DNA of 64,000 nucleotides, from NCBI GenBank assembly GCA_963798915.1, contig CAWCVB010000003.1, forward strand, positions 96,001 to 160,000, in the 5' to 3' direction. A program made the position numbers and the translations under genes. Source of the stretch: an uncultured Gemmatimonadales bacterium (GTDB lineage Bacteria > Gemmatimonadota > Gemmatimonadetes > Gemmatimonadales > GWC2-71-9). The notes under the pieces are model-generated. The model had not been told where the DNA came from and made no database searches. It saw nothing but the letters and a program-made list of their open reading frames with translations. Positions within the stretch are counted from its first letter, which is position 1, and every line of letters begins with the position of its first letter. This document shows positions 1-9,542 of the stretch, piece by piece.

Positions 1-2
1 CC

Positions 3-713
3 GGCTACGTCATCGAGCTGAGCCTCAGCGTGGACAACCTGTTTGTCTTCCTGATCATTTTCCAGTTCTTCGATGTGCCGCGGCAGCTTCGCCCGAAGGT
101 ACTGAACTGGGGCATCCTCGGCGCCATCGCCATGCGGCTGGTGATGATCGCCGCCGGGGCCTATCTCATCAGCCGATTCGAATGGATCATCTACCTCTTC
201 GGCGCGTTCCTCGTCTACACCGGCGTGCGGATGTTCCGGGCCGGAGGCGTCTCGGTGGATGTGGAGCACAACGCCGTGGTCCGGTGGGCGAGAAAGATCC
301 TGCCGATCAGTGAAGGCTACTCGGGCTCGAAGTTCTTCCTGCGCACGCGGACCGGGCTGCTGGCCACGCCCCTCCTCCTGGTACTGATCATCATCGAGTG
401 GACGGACCTGATTTTTGCGGTGGACTCGATTCCCGCCGTCTTCGCCGTCACCCGGGATCCGTTCCTGGTCTACAGCTCCAACATCTTTGCCGTAATCGGC
501 CTCCGGGCCCTGTTCTTCGTCCTCTCCGACATGATCGACAAATTCGATTACCTCAAGTATGGCGTGGCCCTGGTCCTGGTCTTCGTGGGACTCAAGATGC
601 TGGGGTCGTACTGGTTCCACCTTCACATCGCCGTGTCGCTGGGCGCCATCGTCGTGATCCTTGCCGGCTCGATACTTCTCTCCATCAGGAAGAATCCCAA
701 ACCGGCGCCGTAA
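3..713 (+). CDS. TerC/Alx family membrane protein (5' truncated by window)
   Basis: GYVIELSLSVDNLFVF and DLIFAVDSIPA motifs; multiple TM helices. Confidence 0.9.
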   Translation, partial: GYVIELSLSVDNLFVFLIIFQFFDVPRQLRPKVLNWGILGAIAMRLVMIAAGAYLISRFEWIIYLFGAFLVYTGVRMFRAGGVSVDVEHNAVVRWARKILPISEGYSGSKFFLRTRTGLLATPLLLVLIIIEWTDLIFAVDSIPAVFAVTRDPFLVYSSNIFAVIGLRALFFVLSDMIDKFDYLKYGVALVLVFVGLKMLGSYWFHLHIAVSLGAIVVILAGSILLSIRKNPKPAP

Positions 714-730
714 GCTCCGGCCGGGCGGGA

Positions 731-760
731 TTGCCATCCCGGCCAGCCGGGCTTCATATT
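731..760 (+). promoter_or_regulatory. Putative sigma70-type promoter for leaderless MFS transcript
   Basis: TTGCCA (731-736), 18-bp spacer, CATATT (755-760), ATG 6 nt downstream, no SD. Confidence 0.5.
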
Positions 761-766
761 GGCCGG

Positions 767-2127
767 ATGTCCCTCGCACACGACGCAGCACCCCGGCGCG
801 GCCTCCTCGCGCGTGTAGGGCTCGACCGCCCGGAACTCCGGGCGTGGGCCATGTACGATTGGGCCAACTCCGGATTCATGACCGTCGTCGTCACCGCGGT
901 CTTTCCGACCTACTATGCCGCGGTGGTGGCGGAAGGACTCTCCAAGGCACAGGCGACCTATTACTTCGCCAACGCCACAACCATCTCCCTGGCCTGCATC
1001 GCGGTGATGTCCCCTCTCCTGGGCGCCGTGGCCGACTACCGGGCATCGAAGAAGCGCTTTCTCCTCGCATTCCTCACGCTCGGGGTCACGACCACCGCCC
1101 TGCTTTTCTTCATCAAGGCGGGCGACTGGCTGCCCGGACTGGTCCTGTTCGGAGTGGCGAACGTGGGATCAATGGTTCGTACGTGTTCTACGACTCGCTG
1201 TTGCCCCACATTGCGTCGGACGAGGAGATGCACCGCGTCTCGAGCGCGGGCTACGCGCTGGGATACCTGGGCGGCGGCATCCTGCTCCTCCTGTCCCTGG
1301 TCATCATCCTGAGGCCGGCGCTCGTCGGCATTACCGGCGCGGAAGGAGCGCGCACCCTTCCGGCGCGACTATCATTCCTCGCCACGGCGGTGTGGTGGGC
1401 CCTGTTCGCCATTCCGCTGTTCCGCCGCGTGCCGGAACCGCCGCTCACGCGCGAGCAGGACGAGAGCGTCACCACAGTGGCGGCCATCCGCGCCAGCGCT
1501 CGCCGGCTGGCAGAGACGCTCCGGGAGCTTCGCGGCTTTCGCTACGCCTTCCTCCTGCTGATTGCCTCGCTCATCTACAGCGACGGCATCAACACGATCA
1601 TCCGGATGGCCGCGGTCTATGGGACCGAAATCGGAATTCCGCAGCAGGCGCAGATTGCCGCGATTGTCATGGTACAATTCGTGGGGATTCCCTTCGCCTT
1701 CCTGTTTGGGGTCATCGCGTCGCGGATAGGTGCAAAGCGGGCCATTTTCATCGGCCTCGCGGTCTATGCCGGCATCAGCGTCCTGGGCTACTTCATGCAC
1801 ACGACGCTCCATTTCTTCCTGCTGGCCTTTCTCGTCGGCACCGTCCAGGGCGGCACCCAGGCCCTCAGCCGGTCGCTCTTCGCGAGCATGATTCCCCGGC
1901 ACAAGTCGGGTGAGTTCTTCGGCTTCTATGCCGTCTTCGAGCGGTTTGGTGCCATCTTTGGGCCCCTGGTCTTCGGGGCGGTCGTGGCGGCGACCGGCTC
2001 CAGCCGCAACGCCATTCTGTCGGTGATTTCGTTCTTCCTGGTGGGAGCACTGCTCCTGCTCTTTGTCAATGTCTCGGAGGGCCAGCGGGCGGCGCGGCTG
2101 GCTGATGAAGGGGTGGTGCGAGTGTAA
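767..2127 (+). CDS. MFS transporter, UMF1/Atg22-like; frameshift near 1168
   Basis: WAMYDWANS N-terminus in ORF 398..1312 continues as NGSYVFYDSLLP in ORF 661..2127; one G missing in a G run. Confidence 0.85.
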
Positions 2128-3125
2128 TGGATGTCGTAGAACTGACCCGGAAGCTGGTCGAGATCGAGTCGCCCACCTTCTCAGAAGAGCGGGTAGTCGA
2201 GTTCATGCATGGAGTGCTGCATGACGCCGGCTACACCGTCATCCGGCAGCCGGTGTCGGACGGTCGGGAGAATCTGTACGCCCTGCGGGACCCGCCGGTG
2301 GTGGTGCTCTCGACCCACCTCGACTGCGTGCCCCCGTACCTGCCATGGCAGGAGGATGGCGACCTGCTGCGCGGCCGCGGCGTGTGTGACGCGAAAGGGC
2401 TGGCCGCGGCCATGTTTCTTGCCGCCGAGCAGCTTGCCGCCGAGGGCGAGCGGCGGGTCGCGCTACTGTTCGTGGTGGGAGAGGAGCGGGGCTCGGATGG
2501 CGCGCGTGCGGCTGCCACACTGGAGCCCAAGGGCACGTACCTGGTCAATGGAGAACCGACCGAGGGCCTGCTCTGCATCGCCCAGAAGGGATCACTGCTG
2601 GTCCGGGTGGAAGCCGAGGGGCAGCCGGCCCATTCTGCCTACCCGGAGGAAGGCACCTCGGCAATCCTCCGGCTGCTCAACGTGCTGGACCGGTTCCGCC
2701 GTCTCCGATTGCCCTTTGACCCGGTTCTCGGCGCCGCCAGCCTCAACATCGGGGTGATCGAGGGCGGCAACGCACCGAACGTCATTCCCGAGTTCGCCAG
2801 TGCGGAAGTGCTGGTGCGGACGGTCGGACCCTCCGATCAGCTGCGGGAGCAGATTCAGCTCCTCGCCGATGGAGGCATCTCGATCAGCTTTCCGGCGGAA
2901 CTGCCCTATTTCATGGGCGAGCGCCTGGCCGGGTGGGAAACGACGGCTGTGCGATTCGCGAGCGACCTCCCGCTGCATGATTCGTGGGGGCGGCGCTTCC
3001 AGCTGGGGCCCGGCAATATTCGAGTCGCGCACACCCTGGATGAGCGCATCACCCGGGGTGAACTGATGGAGGGTGTCGATGGCTACGTACGGCTGTGCCG
3101 CCAACTCCTCTCGGAGACCTCTTGA
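2127..3125 (+). CDS. M20 family metallopeptidase (ArgE/DapE-like)
   Basis: STHLDCV, GRGVCDAKG, VGEE, NGEPT, AHT motifs; adjacent to dapD. Confidence 0.85.
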   Translation: MDVVELTRKLVEIESPTFSEERVVEFMHGVLHDAGYTVIRQPVSDGRENLYALRDPPVVVLSTHLDCVPPYLPWQEDGDLLRGRGVCDAKGLAAAMFLAAEQLAAEGERRVALLFVVGEERGSDGARAAATLEPKGTYLVNGEPTEGLLCIAQKGSLLVRVEAEGQPAHSAYPEEGTSAILRLLNVLDRFRRLRLPFDPVLGAASLNIGVIEGGNAPNVIPEFASAEVLVRTVGPSDQLREQIQLLADGGISISFPAELPYFMGERLAGWETTAVRFASDLPLHDSWGRRFQLGPGNIRVAHTLDERITRGELMEGVDGYVRLCRQLLSETS

Positions 3126-3150
3126 CAGCTCCGCCGGACGCCCGTAACAT
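3122..3150 (+). promoter_or_regulatory. Sigma70-type promoter upstream of dapD
   Basis: TTGACA (3122-3127), 17-bp spacer, TAACAT (3145-3150). Confidence 0.65.
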
Positions 3151-3352
3151 CTCGCCGTCCAAACGGCGGTCGCTTTATGGCCACTTGTTCCCGCCGCGCC
3201 CCACCGGGCGAAAACAAAGAACTAAACAACCGGGTTAACGCTCCTCGCGCTCCACGTGGCCGGGGGGCGTTGCTCATTTCGGGGTCAGGCAGCCGCGCTG
3301 GACAGACAGCCCGGACGGGGGCAATCTCCGGTATCACCCGAGGAGATGGCCC

Positions 3353-4213
3353 ATGGCGGCGACCCACTTCGATCCTGATGCCCTGCGTGACGAACTGGCC
3401 CGCTATGCCGCGGAAATTCCCGCCGAGCACCGGCGGGAGGCGCGAAGCGCCGTTGGGCACCTGTTTCGGGCGCTGGAGCATGGCCTGATCCGCGCGGCCG
3501 AGCGCGATGCAGGCGGCGAATGGCAGGTGAACCGCTGGGTCAAGGAAGGCATCCTCCTCGCCTTCCGCCTGGGACGACTGCGCGAATGCCGCAGCGCGGT
3601 TCCATTCTCGTTCACGGACTTTGATACCCTGCCGGTTCGCGAGATGCGGGTCGAGGACGGGGTGCGACTGGTACCGGGAGGCACCACGGTCCGGGCAGGG
3701 GTGCGGCTCGGACGCGGCGTCATCTGCATGCCACCGTCGTATGTCAACATCGGCGCCTGGGTTGGTGAGGGAACGATGATTGACTCCAATGTGCTGGTCG
3801 GAAGCTGTGCCCAGGTTGGCCAGGGTGTGCACCTCGCTGCTGGCGTGCAACTGGGCGGAGTTCTGGAACCGGCGGGCGCGCTGCCAGTCATCATCGAGGA
3901 TGACGTGCTGGTGGGTGGCAACGCTGGCGTGTTCGAGGGAACCATCGTGCGTCAGGGCGCGGTGCTCGCTCCCGGCGTGCAGCTCTCGGGCGGCACGCCG
4001 GTGATCGACCTGGTGAACCAGCGCACCTGGCGACGCGACGGCGACCGGCCGCTGGAGATCCCGCCCGGCGCTGTCGTGGTGCCGGGCACCCGGCCGGCGT
4101 CCGATCCCGCGGCGGCCAGCCAGGGCATCTCGCTCTACGCTCCCGTGATCGTGAAGTATCGGGACGCCAAAACGGACCATGCGGTGCGGCGGGAGGAGCG
4201 ATTGAGGGTTTAG
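3353..4213 (+). CDS. dapD: Tetrahydrodipicolinate N-succinyltransferase
   Basis: WQVNRWVKEGILLAF, PSYVNIGAWVGEGTMIDS, GGVLEP hexapeptide-repeat motifs. Confidence 0.92.
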   Translation: MAATHFDPDALRDELARYAAEIPAEHRREARSAVGHLFRALEHGLIRAAERDAGGEWQVNRWVKEGILLAFRLGRLRECRSAVPFSFTDFDTLPVREMRVEDGVRLVPGGTTVRAGVRLGRGVICMPPSYVNIGAWVGEGTMIDSNVLVGSCAQVGQGVHLAAGVQLGGVLEPAGALPVIIEDDVLVGGNAGVFEGTIVRQGAVLAPGVQLSGGTPVIDLVNQRTWRRDGDRPLEIPPGAVVVPGTRPASDPAAASQGISLYAPVIVKYRDAKTDHAVRREERLRV

Positions 4214-4304
4214 GGATTAGGAATTGGGGGTTGGGGGTTGGTATTTTCGTGGCGCAATGCTCAGCCTTCAGCCTTCAGCCCTCAGCCATCAGCCTTCGAC
4301 CCCC

Positions 4305-4739
4305 ATGACCACCCATACCCACTATCTCTGGTTCAATACCAGGCAGCGCCAGGAAATCATCGACATCACCAGCACGGTCGAAGAGCAGGTGGCCGCCAGT
4401 GGCATCCACGAAGGGTTTGTCCTGGTGAGCGCGATGCACATCTCCGCGTCGGTCTTCGTCAACGATCACGAGTCAGGCCTCTGGCACGACATCCTGCACT
4501 GGCTCGAGCACACCATCGCGCCATGGGATCCGGGGCGGTATCAGCACAACGAGACCGGCGAGGACAACGCGGCGGCCCACCTGCGCAGTCTCACGATCGG
4601 GCATGAAGTCATCGTGCCGGTGACGGACGGGCGGCTGGACCTGGGGCCCTGGCAGCGGGTGTTCTACGGCGAGTGGGATGGCCAGCGGAAGAAGCGCGTA
4701 GTGATCAAGGTGATGGGGGAGACGTCATCCCACCTTTAA
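4305..4739 (+). CDS. YjbQ/UPF0047 family protein
   Basis: HISASVFVND, NAAAHL, LDLGPWQRVFYGEWDG motifs. Confidence 0.9.
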   Translation: MTTHTHYLWFNTRQRQEIIDITSTVEEQVAASGIHEGFVLVSAMHISASVFVNDHESGLWHDILHWLEHTIAPWDPGRYQHNETGEDNAAAHLRSLTIGHEVIVPVTDGRLDLGPWQRVFYGEWDGQRKKRVVIKVMGETSSHL

Positions 4740-5783
4740 CTGCGGCATCTGCCCGGCTGGGCCCACCACCCGGTTGCGTCCCAGGCTCTTGGCCTCGAAG
4801 AGCCGCTCGTCGGCGCAGTCGAGCAGCTCGTCAGCCGTGACCCCATCGTCGGGAAAGATCGCGATGCCGGCGCTGACGGTCAGCTTGGCGGTGAGTGACT
4901 CGGTCTTCGGCAACGGGATGCCGGCGTTGGCAAGTTTCTCCCGGAGCGCTTCCATTTTCCGCAGCCCCTGCCCTGCCGATGTCGCCGGCATGATGACCAC
5001 AAATTCCTCACCACCGTAGCGCGCCAGGATATCGCTGCGCCGCAGCTCGTCGCTCATCCGGCGGGTGAGCGTCCGGAGGGCCGAGTCACCGGCGGCGTGA
5101 CCCAGATCATCGTTGAACTGCTTGAAGTGATCCACATCCAGCATGACCAGTGCGAGCGACTCGCCCTGCCGGCGCGCCCGGCTCAGTTCCGCGTTCAGGC
5201 GCTCGTCGAACGAACCCCGGTTGAGGACCCCCGTCAGCCGGTCGATGGTGGACAGCCGCCGCAGCTGGCGACCGCGGTCCACCACCGCCACCGCGAGTCC
5301 AGTCGCAATGCCGAGCACCACCAGACGGGCGCCTTCCGAGGCCCAGCTGAACATGCCGTAGATGTATGGTGCATACGTGGGAGCGTTGAGGTCCCAGTGA
5401 CTGGCGGCGTACCAGACGATGCCGAAATACTGGGTCACCGCCAGCAGGCCGGCCAGCCAGCAGAGCCGGACGTCGTAGCGCAGGCAGGTGGCGCCGATGG
5501 CGATGAAGTAGGCCTCGAACACGACCCGGCTGTTGACCGCGGTATGGGGCAGGCCGGCGACCAGGTAGATGACCAGCGCCGAACTCACCAGACTCACGTC
5601 AAAGATGGTGCTGACGAGCCCGATCCAGGGGCCGAGCATCTGGTGCCGTACCGCCACCAGGATCAGGAACGCGAGCGTGGTCGCGGCGAGCGCGACGGAG
5701 AGGCCGATCAGGTGTTCGAGTTCGCCAGGATGCACGACATAGTTGGCGGCCGGGATGGCCAGTAGCACCAGCACCATGGCCAT
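4725..5783 (-). CDS. Membrane-bound diguanylate cyclase (GGDEF); true start may be about 130 nt further upstream
   Basis: N-terminal TM helices; DRLTGVLNR, RRSD I-site, RYGGEEF. Confidence 0.88.
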   Translation of the reverse strand: MAMVLVLLAIPAANYVVHPGELEHLIGLSVALAATTLAFLILVAVRHQMLGPWIGLVSTIFDVSLVSSALVIYLVAGLPHTAVNSRVVFEAYFIAIGATCLRYDVRLCWLAGLLAVTQYFGIVWYAASHWDLNAPTYAPYIYGMFSWASEGARLVVLGIATGLAVAVVDRGRQLRRLSTIDRLTGVLNRGSFDERLNAELSRARRQGESLALVMLDVDHFKQFNDDLGHAAGDSALRTLTRRMSDELRRSDILARYGGEEFVVIMPATSAGQGLRKMEALREKLANAGIPLPKTESLTAKLTVSAGIAIFPDDGVTADELLDCADERLFEAKSLGRNRVVGPAGQMPQLKVG

Positions 5784-6012
5784 GCGCAGCTGGGCGATCA
5801 GCAGCTCGCCTGCCGCGCCGGCATGGGAAAACAGCGGGTCGCCGCCGGCAAACCACCGGCGCCAGGCCTCGCGGGTCCGTCCCTGCAGGGACAGCGGAAG
5901 GTTGGGCGTAATTCCTCACGTGACAATCGGTTCGGCACAGCCCGGACAGCCCGCTGAACAGCAATCGGCGGGCCATTCGGTCACCGTACAATAATTCGAC
6001 AGTCAGAGGGAA

Positions 6013-7668
6013 CTACATGAGTCGGTAACGGGGGCCGCTGCCCCCCTCCCGGGGGGTCCAGCGCGGCCCGAGCACATCGGTCGCCTTGCAGTCAATGCAG
6101 TTGGGGGCGTTGATCCTGAGCTCGTCGCCAACCCGCTCGTAGACCCCTGCGGGACAGACATGGCTGTAAAAATCCGCGACATCGCCGGTAATGTCGCTGC
6201 CCACGATCAAGTGGTTGGGAATGGTGTCGCGCGTAGAGTTACCGGACTTGAAGTTGGCGTCCAGCTTGCCGAATGTCAGCACCCCATCCGGGGCGAACGC
6301 CTCCGCCTCCTCGACCCGTCGGGGACTCTCGCTGTCCGCCGGCATGCGGATCCGGGCGGACGGCAGGTGGCCACCGGTCAGAGTCATCAGGCCAGCCTTT
6401 GCACCCCCCAGCCAGAACCCGTCCTTGAAGGCCAGGCGCATGTTCCGGGTGCGGGACAGGTCCGTCAGGATGTAGCTCTCATCCACCAGCGTGTCGTAGG
6501 ACGCGAGTGCATCGGCCGACACCTTGCCGGCGCCGAGGGCCTTGAAGGCCGACCGCGCGGCGTAGATCCCCGACTGTACGGCGTAGTGAATCCCCTTGAG
6601 CGACGGAACATCCACGAAGCCGGCAGCATCGCCACACAGCAGGATGCCATCGCCCGACCGGCGTTCCGGGAGTGCATGGTATCCACCTTCCGGTATGGTC
6701 TTGGCACCCCACTCGAGCAATTCTCCGCCTTCGAGCAGGGGCTTGATCAGCGGATGGAGCTTCAACCGCTGCAACAGCTGGTGGATGTCCAGCGCAGCTT
6801 CGTGATAATCGAGCCCGACGACCAGTCCGATGGCCACCTGCTCGGGGCCCATCGGATAGATGAATGACCCGCCAAACGCATCGGTCGGCAGGGGCCAGCC
6901 CATGGTGTGGACGACCCGGTCAAGCGGCCGGCTCACCTTCCAGATCTCCTTGACTCCCAGCGCATAGATCTGCGGATTGGGCGAGCGAACCGACTGCCAT
7001 TCCCGCCATCCCTGCGCCAGCATGCTCCGGGTTCCATCGGCAATGATGGTGATCTTGCCGGTCAGGTCAGTCGGCGCCGTGTAGTCGGCGCCCGGCTCGC
7101 CGGTGCGGGTCAGGCCGGCCGGTGTGGTGCGCACGCCGACCACGGCATTGCCGTCGACCAGCATTCCATCGACCGGAAATCCCGCAAAGACATTGACGCC
7201 GGCCGCTTCGGCCTGCTCGCCCATCCATCGCACGACTTCCGAAATGGAGGCGGTGAAGTTGCCGTGGTTCCGCATCGTTGGCGGCGTCGGGATCCGGAAA
7301 AAACGTTCTCCGGTCAGGAAGTAGACGGCCTCGCCGGGTACCGCCTGGCGAAAGGGAAACTCGTCGTCCTTCAGTCCGGGAAAGAGTTCCCGGAAGGCAC
7401 GGGGATTGATCACCGCACCTGACAGGTTGTGCTCGCCCAGGGCGGCCGCTTTCTCCAGGACGGCGATGGACAGTTCGCCCGGCCCCTCGCCGGCCTCCCG
7501 CGCCGTCGCGGACAGGCGGGCGAGTTCGATGGCGGCCGCGAGACCGGCCGGGCCAGCCCCCACGATCAGCACATCCATCTCGACCGCATCGGGGCCGGGA
7601 GCTTCCTTGAGGATAAGCCGGTCAAGCGGCAAGGGCGGCTGGTGCGCGATCGGCAGTATCGAAGTCAC
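6013..7668 (-). CDS. Electron transfer flavoprotein-quinone oxidoreductase
   Basis: GAGPAG FAD motif, GAKTIPEGG, KGIHYA, C-terminal CPAGVYE...NCIDCKA ferredoxin-like part. Confidence 0.9.
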   Translation of the reverse strand: MTSILPIAHQPPLPLDRLILKEAPGPDAVEMDVLIVGAGPAGLAAAIELARLSATAREAGEGPGELSIAVLEKAAALGEHNLSGAVINPRAFRELFPGLKDDEFPFRQAVPGEAVYFLTGERFFRIPTPPTMRNHGNFTASISEVVRWMGEQAEAAGVNVFAGFPVDGMLVDGNAVVGVRTTPAGLTRTGEPGADYTAPTDLTGKITIIADGTRSMLAQGWREWQSVRSPNPQIYALGVKEIWKVSRPLDRVVHTMGWPLPTDAFGGSFIYPMGPEQVAIGLVVGLDYHEAALDIHQLLQRLKLHPLIKPLLEGGELLEWGAKTIPEGGYHALPERRSGDGILLCGDAAGFVDVPSLKGIHYAVQSGIYAARSAFKALGAGKVSADALASYDTLVDESYILTDLSRTRNMRLAFKDGFWLGGAKAGLMTLTGGHLPSARIRMPADSESPRRVEEAEAFAPDGVLTFGKLDANFKSGNSTRDTIPNHLIVGSDITGDVADFYSHVCPAGVYERVGDELRINAPNCIDCKATDVLGPRWTPREGGSGPRYRLM

Positions 7669-7681
7669 GATAGCGTCCCTT

Positions 7682-8554
7682 TCAAAAATCGATTTCCAGG
7701 CCGAGGTCGGCCGCCAGTGCGCTATGAGTCAGGGCACCTACCGAGACGAAGTCCGCACCCGCCTCGGCATAGTGACGCACGTTCTCCAGCGTGATCCCGC
7801 CCGTCGCCTCGATTTCGATTCCGGGCCGCAGCATCCGGGCGCGCCCTGCCCAGCGGCGGACCGTATCAGGCGATTGATTGTCGATCAGCAGCCGGCTGGC
7901 GCCCGACCCACACGCAAGATCCAGCTGTTCTTCGTGCTCCACTTCGACCTGCAGTGCGCTGACCCCGAGCGCGCGTGCCGCGTCGAGCGCATCGTGGAGT
8001 GACCGGCCGGCGCGCAGCAGCGCACGCCAGTGGTTGTCCTTGACCATGACCGCCCGTTCCAGATCCATGCGATGCAGCGATCCGCCGCCATCCAGAACCG
8101 CCTGGACGTCCAGCGCGCGCAGGCCCGGCGCCGTTTTCCGCGTGTGGAGCACGATGCAGCCCGTGCCGGCAATGGCATCCACGAACGCGCGGGTCAGACT
8201 GGCGATGCCGGCGGCGCGCTGGAGGATGTTGAGCAGCGGCCGCTCGACACGCAGCATGACGGCCAAGTCGCCACGCAATGTGCCGAGCTCGGCACCGGGC
8301 GGCACACGATCGCCGTCAGCGAAATTCCAGGATGGTGGCGCCAGGCCCGCGGCCGCCACTACCGCGCCTGCCCACGGCAGTCCCGACGCAATTCCGCCGG
8401 TACGGAATTCAATCCTGCCCCGGGCGACGGTTCCTGGTGCCACCGTCACCTCGGTGGTCACGTCACGCGCGCCGTCCTCGGCGAGGACCTCGTCGGCGAG
8501 CCGCGCCGCATCCGACCACCAGGCGCGGTCAGTCACCTGGTTTGGTGCCGCCAC
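7682..8554 (-). CDS. nadC: Nicotinate-nucleotide pyrophosphorylase
   Basis: TRKTAPGLR, KDNH, EATGGITL, SVGALTHS. Confidence 0.93.
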   Translation of the reverse strand: MAAPNQVTDRAWWSDAARLADEVLAEDGARDVTTEVTVAPGTVARGRIEFRTGGIASGLPWAGAVVAAAGLAPPSWNFADGDRVPPGAELGTLRGDLAVMLRVERPLLNILQRAAGIASLTRAFVDAIAGTGCIVLHTRKTAPGLRALDVQAVLDGGGSLHRMDLERAVMVKDNHWRALLRAGRSLHDALDAARALGVSALQVEVEHEEQLDLACGSGASRLLIDNQSPDTVRRWAGRARMLRPGIEIEATGGITLENVRHYAEAGADFVSVGALTHSALAADLGLEIDF

Positions 8555-9542
8555 CCAGGGCCACCATGCGATCCACGGCGCGGCGCGCCCGCTCGGCGAC
8601 GTCGGGCGCGAGCGTCACGGGAAACTGGTCCCGTTCGAGCGCCAGCTTCACCGAGGGAAGGGTGATCGACTTCATGTAGGCACACACCGCCGTGTCGTCG
8701 GCCGCCAGGAAGTGCTTCTGGGGAGCCAGCTGCGCCATGCGGTGGATGATGCCCGTCTCCGTAGCCACGATGAACGTGCGAGCCGGTCGTTCCGCTACCA
8801 GCTGCACCATGCGCTCGGTGCTGGCGACGTGCAGCCCCTCCGGATCAATGTCGCCCCGGTCCCGGGCGTGCACCAGCTGGCCAGCGCAGCCGCATTCCGG
8901 ATGCACCAGCACTTCCGCATCGGGGTGAGCTGCGCGCGCCGCATTCAGCCGGTCGGGGTTGATGCCCTTGTGCACGTGGCATTCGCCCATCCAGACCTCG
9001 ATCCGGCGACCCGGGCGCTGGTGACGCACGTGCGCGCCAAGGAAGAAATCCGGCAGGAAGAGAATGCCCTGCTCCTCCGGCACTGCGTCGATGACATCCA
9101 GCACGTTGCCACTGGTGCAGCAGTAGTCGAGTTCCGCCTTGACGTCGGCCGATGTATTCACGTAGCCGACGGCCGCGTAGCCGGGAAAGGCCGCGCGCCA
9201 GCGGCGCACGTCGTCCGCGGTGATGGTCGCGGCGAGCGAGCAGCCGGCGGCCAGGTCCGGCAGGAGCACCCGCTTGCCCGGCGAGAGAATGGCGGCGGTC
9301 TCGGCCATGAAGTGCACGCCGCAGAAGACGATCAGCTTCGCGTCGGTGGCGGCCGCCTTGCGCGAGAGCCCAAGCGAGTCGCCCACAAAATCGGCGACGT
9401 CCTGCACCTCCGGTCGCTGGTAGTTGTGCGCGATGATCAGCGCACCGCGTTCCCGCGCGAGGTGCCTGATGCCCTCCTGCAGCTCGACCACCTGCTCGGC
9501 AGAGAGGGACGAGGGCTCGATGACGGGCAGCGAAAGGCTCAT
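8529..9542 (-). CDS. nadA: Quinolinate synthase
   Basis: AHNYQ, FCGVHFMAE, AGCSLA, YVNT, HPEC, CAYMK. Confidence 0.95.
   Translation of the reverse strand: MSLSLPVIEPSSLSAEQVVELQEGIRHLARERGALIIAHNYQRPEVQDVADFVGDSLGLSRKAAATDAKLIVFCGVHFMAETAAILSPGKRVLLPDLAAGCSLAATITADDVRRWRAAFPGYAAVGYVNTSADVKAELDYCCTSGNVLDVIDAVPEEQGILFLPDFFLGAHVRHQRPGRRIEVWMGECHVHKGINPDRLNAARAAHPDAEVLVHPECGCAGQLVHARDRGDIDPEGLHVASTERMVQLVAERPARTFIVATETGIIHRMAQLAPQKHFLAADDTAVCAYMKSITLPSVKLALERDQFPVTLAPDVAERARRAVDRMVALGGGTKPGD

Noticed and set aside
4205..4241. Telomere-like G-quadruplex tract
   Set aside because: Better explained as one more degenerate heptamer array
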